A stretch of DNA of 64,000 nt, from the NCBI GenBank assembly GCA_000388065.2, contig KB932204.1; one strand, given 5' to 3'. The position numbers and the translations under genes are program-made. This DNA comes from Fonticula alba ATCC 38817 (taxonomy: Eukaryota > Protista > Nucleariida). This document shows positions 1-13,000 of this stretch, one piece after another (position 1 is the stretch's first letter; the number at the start of each line of letters is the position of its first letter). The notes under the pieces were generated by a model. That model did no database searches and was not told where the DNA came from. It was given only the letters and a program-made list of their open reading frames with translations.

Positions 1-3000
1 CGAGGAGCCGGGGCTTCTACGAAGCGCTGCCCGCCAAGACCCGGCGAAGACCCGGCCGGCCTTCTTCCTGCCACGGGCGCCGGGGTCCGGGGTCCGGCTT
101 CCGGCGCCCGAGCACACACCGGGGCCCCGGGGCGCGTGACATGACATCCCGCTTCTTTCAAGGCGGCCGGGCGGATTGGACCAGGACGGGCTGGATCGGC
201 GTAGGCGCAGGCCACGCCAGGGAGGCCAGCGTGCTCTCAGCCTGAGCGCCGAGGGTCCCAGCTCCGGTCCTCGGGCTTGCTCTGCGCGAGTGTGGGTGTG
301 TGTGTGTGTGTGTGGGTGGGAGGGGTGCACAGGGGGGACCAACTTCTTTGCCCCCACCGGGGGCGGAAGATCGAGAGGAGCGAGTATGGCGCTTGGCGGG
401 GGGCTGCGCCGGGGAGGCCGCCCCTCTCCCGTCCGGGCGGGGCCTCCATCTCCCCGGTGGGGGAGGTATGCGCCTCGGCCCCGCACGGGGGAACCGGGCG
501 CAGACTGCGAGCGCCCCGAAGACTGGTCTGCAGGGGGCCTTTTGCCCGCGGAACCGCCAGAGCGCAGAACTCCTCGAAACCGGGTGGGTCCCTTGCGACC
601 GAGGCTGGGACGAGGGGGCGTGCCCCCCCCCCCCCCCTCTGCCCGCCCTCTCCCGCCTCCGTGCCTCTGTGCGGGCGGCCTCCGAACCCTTTTTCCTCCC
701 GTGGCCGGCTCGCCTGGCGGGGAGCCCCGCCCTCCGGACTAGTAACTCTAGACACAACTGCCTGGGCGCCCCCCCCCCCCCTCCCTCCCTCCGGGCCCCG
801 TGTGCCTCCCGTTCATTCGGGGCAGCCTCCTTCTTTGGTCCCCCGCCTGCCGCCTGTCCCCCTTGCGGCCCCTCGCTTGTCTGAGCTTCTCCTTGCGGGG
901 GGGGGGGGGGGAATGCCTCCCGGATCTGTTTGCGCGCTGGCCAGGGGCTGGCAGTGCGTGGCCAGGAGCCTGAGCATGGCCCTTTTTGGCAGGCTGAGCC
1001 AGCCCCTGGCCGGCGCGGACGGCTCTCGAGGACGCGGGCCACCTTTTCGGCCCCTCGGCCCGCTGGCCACCCAGCAAGTGCTGGTATGTTTGTGTGCGCA
1101 CGCCGCTCGTGAGGCTGGAGAACCCCCGGGGCACTCGGCCAGGGTGCCAAGGTATGGCCCCCTGGCAGCCCAGGCCGTCGACTGCGCGCCCGCGCAAACG
1201 GATACCCGTGAACGTCAAGAGGGCGGGGGAGCCCCTCCCCCCCCCCCCCGAGGGCGGGGTAGCCTGTTCCCCGGGCCGGCCGGCCCGGTCTGCGAGGATG
1301 CCGGCCAGACACGTCAGATGCCGATGGTTCACTCTTCGAGGGGCTCGGGTGGTGGGACTCCGCCCCCCCCCCCCTCGCAGGGAGAAGCCCTGCGGCGAAG
1401 GCTATCCGGCGTTGGGCCGGGGGCGAGCTCGCTGGGGAGGTACGAGGGCTCGCTGGCCAATTCGACCCGATACCTGGGGCATGGTTCGGGCAAGGTGGCT
1501 TCCCCGCCCCGGAGTTGGAGGCCACCAGGGCCGTCTGCATGTCACAGCGGCCCTGGTACAAGGTCCGGGGGTCGGGGTGCGGGGAGTCGGATCGCGACCT
1601 GGAGATGGCCCTTGGTTGAAGACGACCCGGCGGACACCATGGCAGCTGGCCTCGGGCGAGCTCCCCCGCCCCTGGCCAAACGCTGGGCCTTGAGCTGGGT
1701 GGCAGGCGCCCCGGGGCGCATGATACGCCTCTTCTCTCCCTTCCTCTCTCTCTCTCTCTCTCCCTCTCGAGGGGGGCGGGCGCTGGGCGGGTTTCTGTCC
1801 GAGTGGCCGGATGGCAAGGCGCCCATGAGGCGTGCCGGGGCCATGTCCTGGGTGAGAGCGCCCAGCCAAGGCATGCGGCGCGCGCAGACCGGTCCCCCAG
1901 CACCGATCCCAGGCTGTCCCGGCGCCGGTGTTCAAGAGCGCGCCCTAGACCGCCCCCCCCCCCCCCCCCCCCCCCCTGCACCGTTATTATTGCCGGCGTT
2001 CGGGGGCGGGCCGGAACGGTCTCGGCACCAGCGGTTGGATGGCGGACAAAACGCCGAACATCCCCGCCCCATAGCCCCCCGGCGTCTGTCTCGGGCCCCA
2101 GGGACAGGGCGCGGCGCCAAGAATTAGTGAGCTCACACACTTATACACACCGGGACGGAGAAAGGGATGATGATGATGGTGATGATGATGAAGAGGAAGA
2201 TGATGATCAGGAGCCGCCTCATGTCGGGGCGATCCACGATGTGTAGGCGAGCCGAGGCGAGCTCCTGCCCGCGACTCCCCTGTAACCCCCTCCCCCGCTC
2301 TCCTCGGACTGTGGTTCTCCCTCCCTCTCTCTCTCTCTCTCTCCCCCGGATATTGGTCCTTGGTTTTCCAGCCAATGGAGGCGGGATTTTCAGTGTTAAT
2401 TGTTTCTGCTACATTTGGTTTATACGCTCGTCACACGGGACCATCACATGCGTGCAATGTGATCCACTTCGAACCTCGATCAGGATCTCGGCCTCTGGCC
2501 CCTTCCCGAGCGCGGGGCCACTTTTTCTCCCCCACCCGCCCCCAGGCATGGGGCGCACATACAGGGTAGTTTATGCTCCGCGCGGGATGGCTTCACCAAT
2601 CCAGCTGGAGGGGAGGAGGGACTCCCTACCCAGGCCGACCTTACTCTCTCCCTCTCTCCCGCGCGCTCTCTCTCTCTCTGGCCCTTTCCTGCACCCCCCC
2701 AGGTCCCGCTCAGGGTGCGAGGTGGCTGCGCGCGCTCCCCCAGCGACTTCTCACGGCGCAGTTATTACATGTGGCATGGTGCCCTCCCGCCGAGCGCACC
2801 AGTACCTGGATGGGTGAATGTAGCTTGCCAGAGTGTGCCCATTCGGTTCCCCCCCTGGCCTGGCCGTTTGTGCGCCTTTTCCCTGCCTCCTGTCTATTCT
2901 GCACCCTCCTCGGGCGCGGCATGCCGAAGGGCCTCTCCTGCTCTCCGGTCCACCCCCGGGGGTTTTACTCGACCGAGAGGCCCCTTTTAACGACCCCCCC

Positions 3001-3146
3001 CTCCGTCGGAGGCGCCTTTCCTGGACTCAGCCGTCCATCCAGCCATCCCTTCATCCCCCCCTCTCTCTCTCTCTTTCTCCTTCTCTCTCTCCCTTCCTGT
3101 CCCTCGCCTCTCTGCCTCTTCTGTTTCCCCTCTTCCGGTCTCTATT

Positions 3147-5801
3147 ATGGCCGGTGATCTCCCATCTGCCCCTGGCACTGGGGTGATTGACTTCTCCCTC
3201 GAGGAGGAAACTTTCCCCCCAAGCGCCGGGGGCTACTTCGCTGATGTCGGGGCGGCTGGGCATTTCTCCCCGACTGATCGATCGGCATCGGGTCCTGCCG
3301 GGGCAGACCATGCCTCGGAGATGATCGAGATGATGCCGGTCGAGGCGACCGGCCACCACTTCGATGAGCACACCCACAGCAGTGGCGGCGAGGTGGGCCT
3401 CAACACCGAGGATGTTTATTGGCACGGGCACCCGCTGAGTGAGCATGCGCACCTGCACCATCGAGTTCCCCTGATGCCCGCATCGACGGCCGACTGGCCG
3501 GACCCGGACCAAGATCACCCCCCGCCGGCGAGCCGGCGATCGTCCGGATCCTTCGGCGGCGGCGGCGGCGGCGGCGGCGGGCGCAAGTCCCTGGCCATGT
3601 CAATCTTGGAGCTGGGCGACGATGTGTCTCGCCGAGCGCAGGCCGGTTGCCTCGATCTCTGGCGCCACCCGACCATGGTGACGCTGACGCTCCTCGGGGC
3701 GGTCCTGGGCATCGGGGCCGGGGTGGCAGCCAACTGGCTGATCCCGGCCGAGAGCTCCTGGCGCGAGGTGGCAGTTTTCACCCTCGCCGCGCCGGGGATC
3801 GTCTTCTCCCGGGCCCTGCGTGCCCTGTCCATGCCGATGGTGGTCATCGGTGTCGTGTGCAGCATTATCCAACTGCAACTGTACCAGCCCGGGTCCCGGG
3901 GCAAGCGCGCGCGCAGCATCGCCGCCACGACGGCCGCCTGGTTCGCACTGACAACCGTCTGCGCGGGCATCCTCGGGGCCGTGCTCGGGGCTCTGACCCT
4001 GACCAATACCTCGGCTCAATGCGAGTACGACGGGTCTCTCAGTGGCAGCCGCAATGGCGATGACTGGAACGGAGGGGACATCTCCGGGGTCGACGCGCTG
4101 CGTTTCATCCTGGAGGCTTCGGTCCCGGACAACATGGTTGAGGCTGCTCTGAATGTATGTTTTTTTTTTCTTTCCTTCCCATCCTCCGGCTAATTGCCGG
4201 TTGTCTGCCCCTCTGGGCGCATCCATTCATGGTGTTTCTTTCCTCCCTTGGCCCAGACGCGCGCGCGCGCACACAGACAAACTAACACATATGCCCCATT
4301 GTCGTCAGATGAATGGTCTTGGTTTGATTGTGTGTTCGGTGGCCATGGCCGTTGGAATTGGCCAGCTGGGTGATTTGACGTGTGTCTCTCGCATTCCCTC
4401 GCTCGCGCTTCCGCCCCTTCCCCGACACGGGCCCAAGGGACTGGATGCTAACCTTGCCCTCGACACGTGGCATCCCCCCCCCCCCCCCCTCACTCTTGTC
4501 GCCATCCCAAGTGACGCCCTGAAGAACCTCTTCCTGGCCACGCGTAACCTCATTGTCCATATCATCAGCTGGGTCTTGGTCGCCACTCCGGTGGGCATCT
4601 TTTCCCTGATCGCCGGTCGAGTTGCCGAGGTGCGATCGTGAATGTGCCGCTGCCGCATTTTCCCCGAATGTTTGCCCTCCCCCCCCCCTCCTCCTCCCTT
4701 GCTGACCCGCGTGCCGGCCGCGGTGCCCGTGGCCCTTCCGATGGACACCAGGATGGTGCCGTGCTCACGGAACACATGACCGTCCTTGGGGCCTATTTGG
4801 GCGTGCTGTTCGCCGGGCTGATCCTCCACTCGGTGGTCTTGCTGCCGGCCTTGGCATCGGTCTTCGGCCGGGTCAATGCCTTCAAGCTGATGTGGCCCGC
4901 GCGGACGGCCGTGCTGACGGCCCTCGGAACCGCCTCCCCGGCCGGCACCCTGCCGAACTCGATCGCCGCCTGTACCAACGGGCCCGCTCAATGTGCCGAA
5001 GAAACAGCCCGTTTCGTGTGTGGCGCCGGGTGCCTGCTGCATCCGAATGCCATGGCCCTGTCTTCCGCCATCGCGGCGGTCTTCGTCTCCAGTGTCTGCG
5101 GAAGTGAGGGTTCCCCGAGTGCGCTCCAACTGCTGGCCACCATCGCCGCGGCCCCGCTGTCCGGTCTCGCTGCTGCCAGTATTCCCGACTCCGGGGCCTT
5201 TGCCCTGGCGTTGGTGGTGGTGGCTGCCGGCGCTCCGCCGGAGGCGGCGATGCTCGTGGTCCCGGTTGACTGGCTGCTGGTGCGGTTCCGTGTCGCGGTC
5301 AATGTTTGGGCCGACATCGTTGTATGCGCATGCGTGGACCGGCGATTCCCGGAGGCCCCGCGCTTGGGTGCCGCCGCCGAGGCGGCCATCCGGGCTAGCG
5401 GGACCGACGGGCTGTCCGATCACCGGTCTTCGGTCGGATCCAGTGTCGGCGGGGCCGGCGGCCCGAGCGGAGGCCCCTATGGTGCCAGCGCCGGCGGCGG
5501 CCCGTATGGCGGCAATGCCGGTGGCGGCCTGGGCGCCTGGGCGGGCCCGGCGCCCGAGGCCTCGACCAGGGACCCCTCCTTCCATTCGGGCGATGATCTG
5601 TCCCTGAAGGGATCCGAGAGTGACATGAACATGGCTGTCGTGGCGCCGGTTCCACCGGCCTCCCACCAAACTGGCGACCGGCGCCCGTTGCTGGCAGCGG
5701 CTGACTCGCACGGGCCAGATGGGCAGGCGCCCTTTGGCCTGGACTCGTTGGACATGGACCAGCCGCCGTCCGCGCGTTTCTCCATCTCCTCTCAGTGGTA
5801 G
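3147..5801 (+). CDS. SLC1/DAACS (dicarboxylate/amino acid:cation symporter, EAAT/GltPh-like) family transporter, divergent
   Basis: Four exons join in frame: 3147-4154, 4309-4379, 4511-4629, 4752-5801, with GT..AG ends and ACTAAC/GCTAAC/GCTGAC branch sites. Family motifs seen: VPDNMVEAAL (PxN), MNGLGLIVCSVAMAVGIG (NxLGLI), TPVGIFSLIAG, GTASPAGTLP (HP1), AASIPDSG (HP2) and VDWLLVRFRVAVNVWAD (TM8). Confidence 0.9.
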
Positions 5802-6568
5802 ACCGCCCGGTGCTGGGGGAGACATCGATCGCCATCACTCCGGTCTGCGCGCCTCGTGCGATGGAGAGAGAGAGAGAGAGAGGGGGGGGGCAGGAGAAAG
5901 AAAACACACACCGAGGCACAAAGCAGCAGTATGTATGTATAGACGCCTTTGATCTGCCGCCTTGCTTTTCTTTTCTTCTTGGAGTTATGTTCGGTCCCGC
6001 TTGGCGTGGCAGCCCGGGGTTTGAGAGCGCCAGAAACCTGCTCCTGCTTGGGCGCTCTCCCGCGCACGGCTCTGCCGAGCTCCCGAGAAGCAGGGGAAGC
6101 AAGCCACAGTGTCTTCGAGGAAGTGGTGTATTCTTGGACATGCACCTGCACACATGTCCTCCAGGGGGCAGCTTGTGGGTGGAAAAGTGAGGTGATAGGG
6201 GGCGGATGGGGACATTATCGCGCAAGGTGAAGGGTGGGAGGAGGAGGCATGCCGGGGCTGAACTCTGGCCGACGGGATATGGGGGCCCGGGGAGGGCATG
6301 CACTCCGTGTGCCTATCGCCTTTGCGCGAATGTCCTTGCAGCCGGTCCCCGTGTCCGTGCTCCCTCACAAACCCCATGCCCTGCGGTGTGTGCTCACACA
6401 GCACGACAAGAAGCTGGAATAGGATGAGCGGGAGCAGGGGGCCACGCGGATGCGCATGCGAATGTTGTCTTTGCATTATGGTCACCTGCAAACAGGACCA
6501 TGCACAAGATATGCCAGGACAGACAGGGTGTGGATGCCAGGGGGGGGGGGTACGGCCGTGGTGGCTGC

Positions 6569-7574
6569 CTATTGGGCCGGCGGGGACTCCTTGATGACGG
6601 AGTTGATGAAGTCCTCCAGTGGCCGGAGCTCCTTCTCGTCGACGAGCTTGAACTCGGCGGTGAAGTAATAGAAGTGCTTGAAGCAGGCGTTGATGTGCGC
6701 CTCGGCACCGATCTCCTGGATCATCTCAAAGTGGTGGATGTACACATGGCAGAACACGCGCGTCAGCCGGCGGAAGATGTTGGCACAAATGGCCTTGAAG
6801 TTCTTCGGGAAGGGCCGGCCAACCTCGGGCGGGAAGATGCTCTCGTCGTTGATCTGCGACTCGACCCACTTCATCAGGAGGTCCACGTAGAGGGGAGTCG
6901 ACACGGAGGTGGCCTGCTTGTACTGGTGGTCATCCTTCCAGTAGTACTCGAACTTCGAGCCGGCAGTCATCCGAGGGCAGGTCTTCGGGGTGCAGAAGTC
7001 CACCAGAGTGCCGTAAATGAGGTTGATACGGTTGAAGAAGTCGACCACTGTGTGCGAGGTCGGCAGGCGGGGGGGGGGNNNNNNNNNNNNNNNNNNNNNN
7101 NNNNNNNNNNNNNNNNNNNNNNNNNNNNNNNNNNNNNNGGGGGGGGGGAGAGGTGCGAGGTCCGTTAGCATGGAGGCCGGCGAGACGCGAGGAGACACGG
7201 GGAGTCGCGGGGACCGGAGAGCCGAGCATCATCAATGGAAATGGGAAAACACACCATGCACGGCAAGCCACTCGTTGAGATCGTCCCCGGGGGGGAGCTT
7301 GACCGAGTGCTGAATCTTGAAGCTGGCACCGAGGGAAGCCTTGGACTTCTTGTGGAGCTCATAGCGAATCGTGCCTACCGAGGTGGAGGTGGGGCAGGGC
7401 CAGGGTCAGTGTTAGGGAGATGGAGGAGGAGGAGGAGGAGGAGCCGCGGCAGACGGATTGCCGGGGGGCGCGAGGGAAATCCCCGGAGACAGGGACCCTG
7501 ATGGGTGGATGCGCACCAGGCTCGAATTTCTTTTTCGGGCGGAAGGTTTTGTTCTTATCGAAAAGCTTCATCAT
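6569..7574 (-). CDS. MOB3: MOB kinase activator family protein, MOB3-type
   Basis: Exons 7574-7517, 7374-7255 and 7047-6569 splice in phase to [29 protein letters not shown]...[28 protein letters not shown]...CPRMTAG...FPKNF...YIHHF...[41 protein letters not shown] and YIHHF match the MOB3 subfamily better than MOB1. Confidence 0.92.
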
Positions 7575-10057
7575 GGTTGCGGTGTGGGGGGATGTCCTCG
7601 CTGAGAGAGAGAGAGAAGCGTTTCGGGCCGCCACAGGGATGTGCAAGCGGAAAGGGTGGGGAGGGGGGGGGGAAGGGAAGAAAAGCAGGAAGGCGGGAAG
7701 GCTGTCAAAGGAAAAGGACGGGGTCCGTGAGGAGAGGGCTTCGCCTCCCGGGTCCCTGGGATGGATGCTGAAAAGGCTCCTCCGGCCACCCAATCCCAGT
7801 CCCAGCCCCGGTCCCCGCCCCGGTCCCCGCCCCCAGCCCCTTCTTTCCCTTTCCGACTCGGACTGGTGGAATCTCCCTCCGCCTCGCCCTTCGGAGAAAC
7901 GGAGGGGCCGACGATACAGGGGGGGGGGGGGCGTCCTCCAAAGCGGCTGCCTCCCCCTGTCCATCCAGGGGACGCATTTGCAGACGGGGGGGGGGGGGGA
8001 TTCCAGCGCACCGGCGCTCGCGAGGGGTGCCAGGCGGCCGGGCGTGGCCAGGGGGGCTGGCGGAGCCTGGAGCATAAATAGAACCGACAAGGAGAGTTCG
8101 TGGCGGGGGGGCGCCACATCGAACCCCTCCACGGGTCATACTCCCCCGGGCGGTTGGGGCTCGTTTGCCTGGGAGCCAATCCCGCATGCCACACGCGAGG
8201 AGCTGTGCCTGGGAGCTGGAAAAGGCCCGGCGGCCGGCCCAGTCCCCTTCGCCCCCCCNNNNNNNNNNNNNNNNNNNNNNNNNNNNNNNNNNNNNNNNNN
8301 NNNNNNNNNNNNNNNNNCCCCCCGTGTCCCGCCCCCGGTTCCCGTCCCTCCTCCCCCTCGCCGGCTGGCTGACTACCAGGACAACCCTCGCATTCCGGTC
8401 GCATCCCAAGGGGAGACCGGTCGTGAAGGGGTCTTTTCGGTCGCCGAGCCCCCCATGGGGGCAGTCCAGCCAGGGGCTCCTGCACACGGACCACTGACCG
8501 CAGTCTGTCCTGCCGCCGGCCGGGGAGCCGACAAAGGCCAAGGGCCGGGCGACGCGGCGACGCAGGGAGGGGTACAGCGAGCAGGTCGCATTCCACCCTG
8601 CGGGCGATGACGAGGGACCTCAGGGCGAGGTGCGTTCGGCCTCCCGGCGCCGCTCCGCTGGAGTGCCAACCAACCAACCAACCGCGGCGAGCGCCGGTTG
8701 CCCGGATTTCCCTCCGATGGTTTCCCCGAAGGGCCGGGATGGAAACCATCCGTCGAGGGACACATATGTGGACTGAACTTTTATCGGGACGCGCGGTCTG
8801 GAAGCTGGCATGATGGCCGGGCCGCCACTTGAGGCCCGCCATTCCTGTCCCGTTCCTCGGCCCGCAACAGCCCAAAGCCCTATCATCGTCATCGTCATTA
8901 TCCCCCAGCCAGATGGCTGGAGGGGGAGGCGGCGGGGAGCACCGCCGGTGAATAATGCGGCGACCCCTGAGGCCGGTTCGTTACGAGGATCACGTCGGCG
9001 CGCGTGACACGTCGGCGGCAATTAACCGGTTAATCGACATTGGCGTTCTGGCGTGTGACTTCCCTTGTGCCTGTCTCACCCCGGGCTGGCTTGTGTGAAA
9101 GTCTTGGTCTCCGCTGCCCGGCCCCCTCCCGTCCTCGCTCTCCCTGCCGGACCCTGTGGTGTGTGTGATTAAACCGGACGCCAGCGGCGGGATCCACCAC
9201 GGAGGCCTGGATCGGGGCCGCGGGGGGGGGGGGGGGGGGGGGGGGGCCGGGGGGATCGCGTCTGGGCTTTTGGCCCAGGTGGTTTCCCAGCAGAAGGAAG
9301 ATGAAGATCCCCGACTTTGTCGGCGGGCTCACGTTGAGCCCCAGGCAAAAAAGGGTTTCGGCCCTCTCTTCCTCTCCCTCTCCGTCTCTCTCTCCCTCTC
9401 ATTCTCTCGTCCTCTCTCCGTCCACGCTCCTTTCCGCAGGGGGGGATGCGCTTGTAAGTGTGTTTGGCTGGGCGCGAATCTTTGGGGCGCAGTCAGGCAA
9501 TGACCACCGGGGGTGGTGTGAGTCTGCCTGTGTGTGGGACTGTTTGTTATTGTTTCCCCCTAGTTGGGGATGGTGTGGTGGGAGAGGTGCGGACATGCGG
9601 CTCCGCTGAAGAGCCCACTTGGAGGCCCACCGGCTGCTACTGCCGTCGCTTGGTCTTGCCGCCACCGGCGGTGGCGTTCGTCAAAATCTCCGAGCGCCGT
9701 GTTAGCATGTTGCCGATGCACGTCCCGTGCCGTGGGTTCCCCTCGCCTTCCCCGCCGCACCGTGTCCAAACCCGGTAATGGGTCCCGGGGGCCCAGGTGC
9801 TAACTCCGTAGCCCGAACGCGCGTGGGTGCCAAGTTTCTCGGTGACTGACCGTTGGCGTGTGCCTTCACAGATGGGTCACACTTCAAGAGGCATGGGTGT
9901 TTGCTCGTGGTCGCTTGGGGGATCCGGCTCAACCCCCCCCCCCTCCCCCACTTTTCCCTTTCCCCTCCCCCNNNNNNNNNNNNNNNNNNNNNNNNNNNNN
10001 NNNNNNNNNNNNNNNNNCCCCCACCCCCCACCTGCTCCCCTCCTTGGCTATGGAGCC

Positions 10058-13000
10058 ATGAGCCAGTCGCTGGATAGCCCCCCCTCGCCCGGGCAGGACC
10101 ACGCCGAACTGGGCCTGAGCCCGGCGACACACTCATCGCCCCCGGCATCGGCCTCGCCGGGATCCCGCAGCTCGGTCCCCTCGCCCGGCCTCCCACCGGG
10201 TGCCATGGAAAAGCAGGACTTCCCGATCTATGACGATGAGTCGGCCCCGAACGACGCCCCCGACCACGACACGGTTTTCCACGACGACGGGGATGACGGT
10301 GACGTTGACGAGACGGCGGCGTTGCTGAATTCGGGGTCTGGCCCCAATCTGGCCACCGGGTCGGCACACTATGGCCCTGGCCTGGTGAGCCCCTCGCCCG
10401 GGGACGTTTCGTCCCGTGGTCGTACCTTCTCCATTGCCAGCACCGCGTCGGTGGGAGATTTGTTCTCCAAGCGCAGCCTCGAGGCGCTGGTGCCGGCTGA
10501 CCGGCGCTGGCGTTCGGCCATCGTCATCTACCTGTTCTTCTCCTTGATTGTGGTCAGTGCCTTCCTGATTGTGGCACACATGAATGGCCTGCAGCCGAAG
10601 CTTGCCGAGTCCGACCTCGACCTCGGCGGGGATCCCTTCGGTTTGAGCGAGCACCGGTGCGTTTTGTCTCTTCTCTTTGCCCCGGCCCCTTTTCCCTCGC
10701 CGCTCGGACCCTCTCCATCACGCGCGCACGCATTCACACTTCCTCCCCCCCCCCCCCCCCCTCTCTCTCTCTCTTCTCCGCCATGTCCACTTGTCATGGG
10801 GAATTTCGTCCAGTGCCCGCGACAATGTGCAGGAGCTGGTCAACATTGCGAAGCAGCACCACGGCGAGGTTCTTCCCTCCGGATTGTCACTGCTGACCGG
10901 ACGAGTGTCGACCACGGAGTCGGCCACGCGCACGCGGCAGTGGCTCGAGCGCAAGGTTGGCGAGTTGGTCGCCCTGGCCGAAGAGGGCGGCAGCCCGGCC
11001 GGCTGCACTGTCACCCTGGAGGTTCGGTCGCACAATGGTGTCATCAACACCATTGGTCGCGACTCGGCGGTCATCAGCTATGCGGATGTGGTGAATGTGG
11101 CAGCAAGGGTTACCTGGCCCGGGGTCGGCTCGGATGCCGGCGCCCTGTTGGTCAGTGCGCACTACGATTCGGTCATCCATTCGCCCGGTGCATCGGACAA
11201 TGGCGCCTCGGTGGCTGCGGCCCTGGAGGTCCTTCGGGCTCTGGTTATTTCCCCAACCGAGTTGCCCTTTGATGTGATTTTCCTTTTCGATGATGCCGAG
11301 GAGTCTGGCCTTCTCGGGATGTATGGCTTCATCCAGTGCGTCCCCTTGCTTGTCTGTCTTGGTTCTTTCCTGCCCGGTGCATCGGTTCCACGAGTTTCCG
11401 CTTGTTTGATCCCTTTTTCTTATTCCTTATTCCCTGTCATGCGGCTCTTTTCTTACTGATTTCCTGTCTTCTCTTCTTGCCTCTTTCCCCTCTTTCCCCT
11501 CTCTCCCCTCTCTCCCCTCTCTCCCCTCTCCCCCTCTNNNNNNNNNNNNNNNNNNNNNNNNNNNNNNNNNNNNNNNNNNNNNNNNNNNNNNNNNNNNNNN
11601 NNNNNNNNNNNNNNNNNNNNNNNNNNNNNNNNNNNNNNNNNNNNNNNNNNNNNNNNNNNNNNNNNNNNNNNNNNNNNNNNNNNNNNNNNNNNNNNNNNNN
11701 NNNNNNNNNNNNNNNNNNNNNNNNNNNNNNNNNNNNNNNNNNNNNNNNNNNNNNNNNNNNNNNNNNNNNNNNNNNNNNNNNNNNNNNNNNNNNNNNNNNN
11801 NCCCCCTCTCTCCCCTCCTCTTCCCCTCTCGCAACACACACATCCGCAGTTATGACCCCTGGTTTGCGGATGTTCGCGCACACATCAACCTGGACTCGGC
11901 CGGCGGCTGGCGCATCCCGCTGCTCACCCAGATGGGTGGCTCCAACAACCCATACGCCCTGTCTCAGGCGAAGCTGGCGCGTGCGTATGCCGGAGGCGTC
12001 AGCCCGCCACATGCCTCGGCCTTGGTGACGGACATTTATGCACTGCTGCCCAGCTTCACCAACTACTATGCCCTCAGCCAGATGGGCATTCCCGGGCTGG
12101 ATATCGACCTCTACCAGAATGGGTATTCCTACCACACGCGGCTGGATGGCCTTGATGACTATGTGCGTGGGACATTGCTGTACTTTGCGCAGGCTCTACA
12201 TGGGACCGTGCAGCAGCTGGCCCTTGCCGGGCCCCTGCCCTCCCTGTCGCCGGTCATCAGTCCCAACCCCTCCCTGGCGTCGGTGCTCGGGGTGGTGGGG
12301 GATTCTTCGGTGCCGGAGCCCACTTGCAGCGCCAGCGGGGCCGAAGCCGTCGCAGCCTCCTCGGACCCCGGCGATCCGGCGCCCGTCCCTCCGCCTGGCG
12401 TGTTCTATGATCTTTTCTTCACGATCTTCGTTTATTACAGCCACACAACGGCCCTGGCCCTCGGGGTGACCCTCTTTGTGGTGTGCCTGCTGGTGGCGGT
12501 GCTGACGTATGTCCTGTCCGCGCGGCGGGTGATCGCGGCGGCCACTCGCCTGCCGGGGACTCTCGGCGCGGCGGCCAGCTCTTCCTCCTCGCTCAAGGCC
12601 ATCCTCAGCATTCGGAGCTCGCTCCATGCCAAGGCCCTCTTCTCGACGAAGCCCTTCCAACAGGCTTTGACCCACGTATGGCGGGCCCGGGTGCCGGCCA
12701 CCATTCGCATGCAGGTGGCTGCCCTGCTGGCCGCCCTGCTGGCCATCCCCCTGGCGGTGCTCTTCGGCGTGACCGGTGGTGCCATGATGGGGGCCCTGCG
12801 CCGGGCCATCTGGTATGCCAATGCCCCGGCTTCGGTGGCCATGATTGCGGCCTGGTCGCTGGCCGGTGTCCTGATGGCCGGCTGGCTGATGTCCTTCCTG
12901 GGTCGGGCCCGGCCGGCGGATGTAACGCGTGCGGCATTGGCATCGGCCGATGCCTCATCGCTCCTGGCATCCACCCTTTCCCCGGGCAGCATCAATTCCT

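Noticed and set aside
158-2246. Long overlapping ORFs on both strands (660 aa minus, 616 aa plus) and a GAT-repeat acidic stretch at about 2166-2214
   Set aside because: They translate to R/P/G/A-rich sequence with no motif and run through homopolymers and microsatellites, as expected for stop-poor high-GC DNA. A real gene here cannot be excluded, but I could not build a consistent exon chain.
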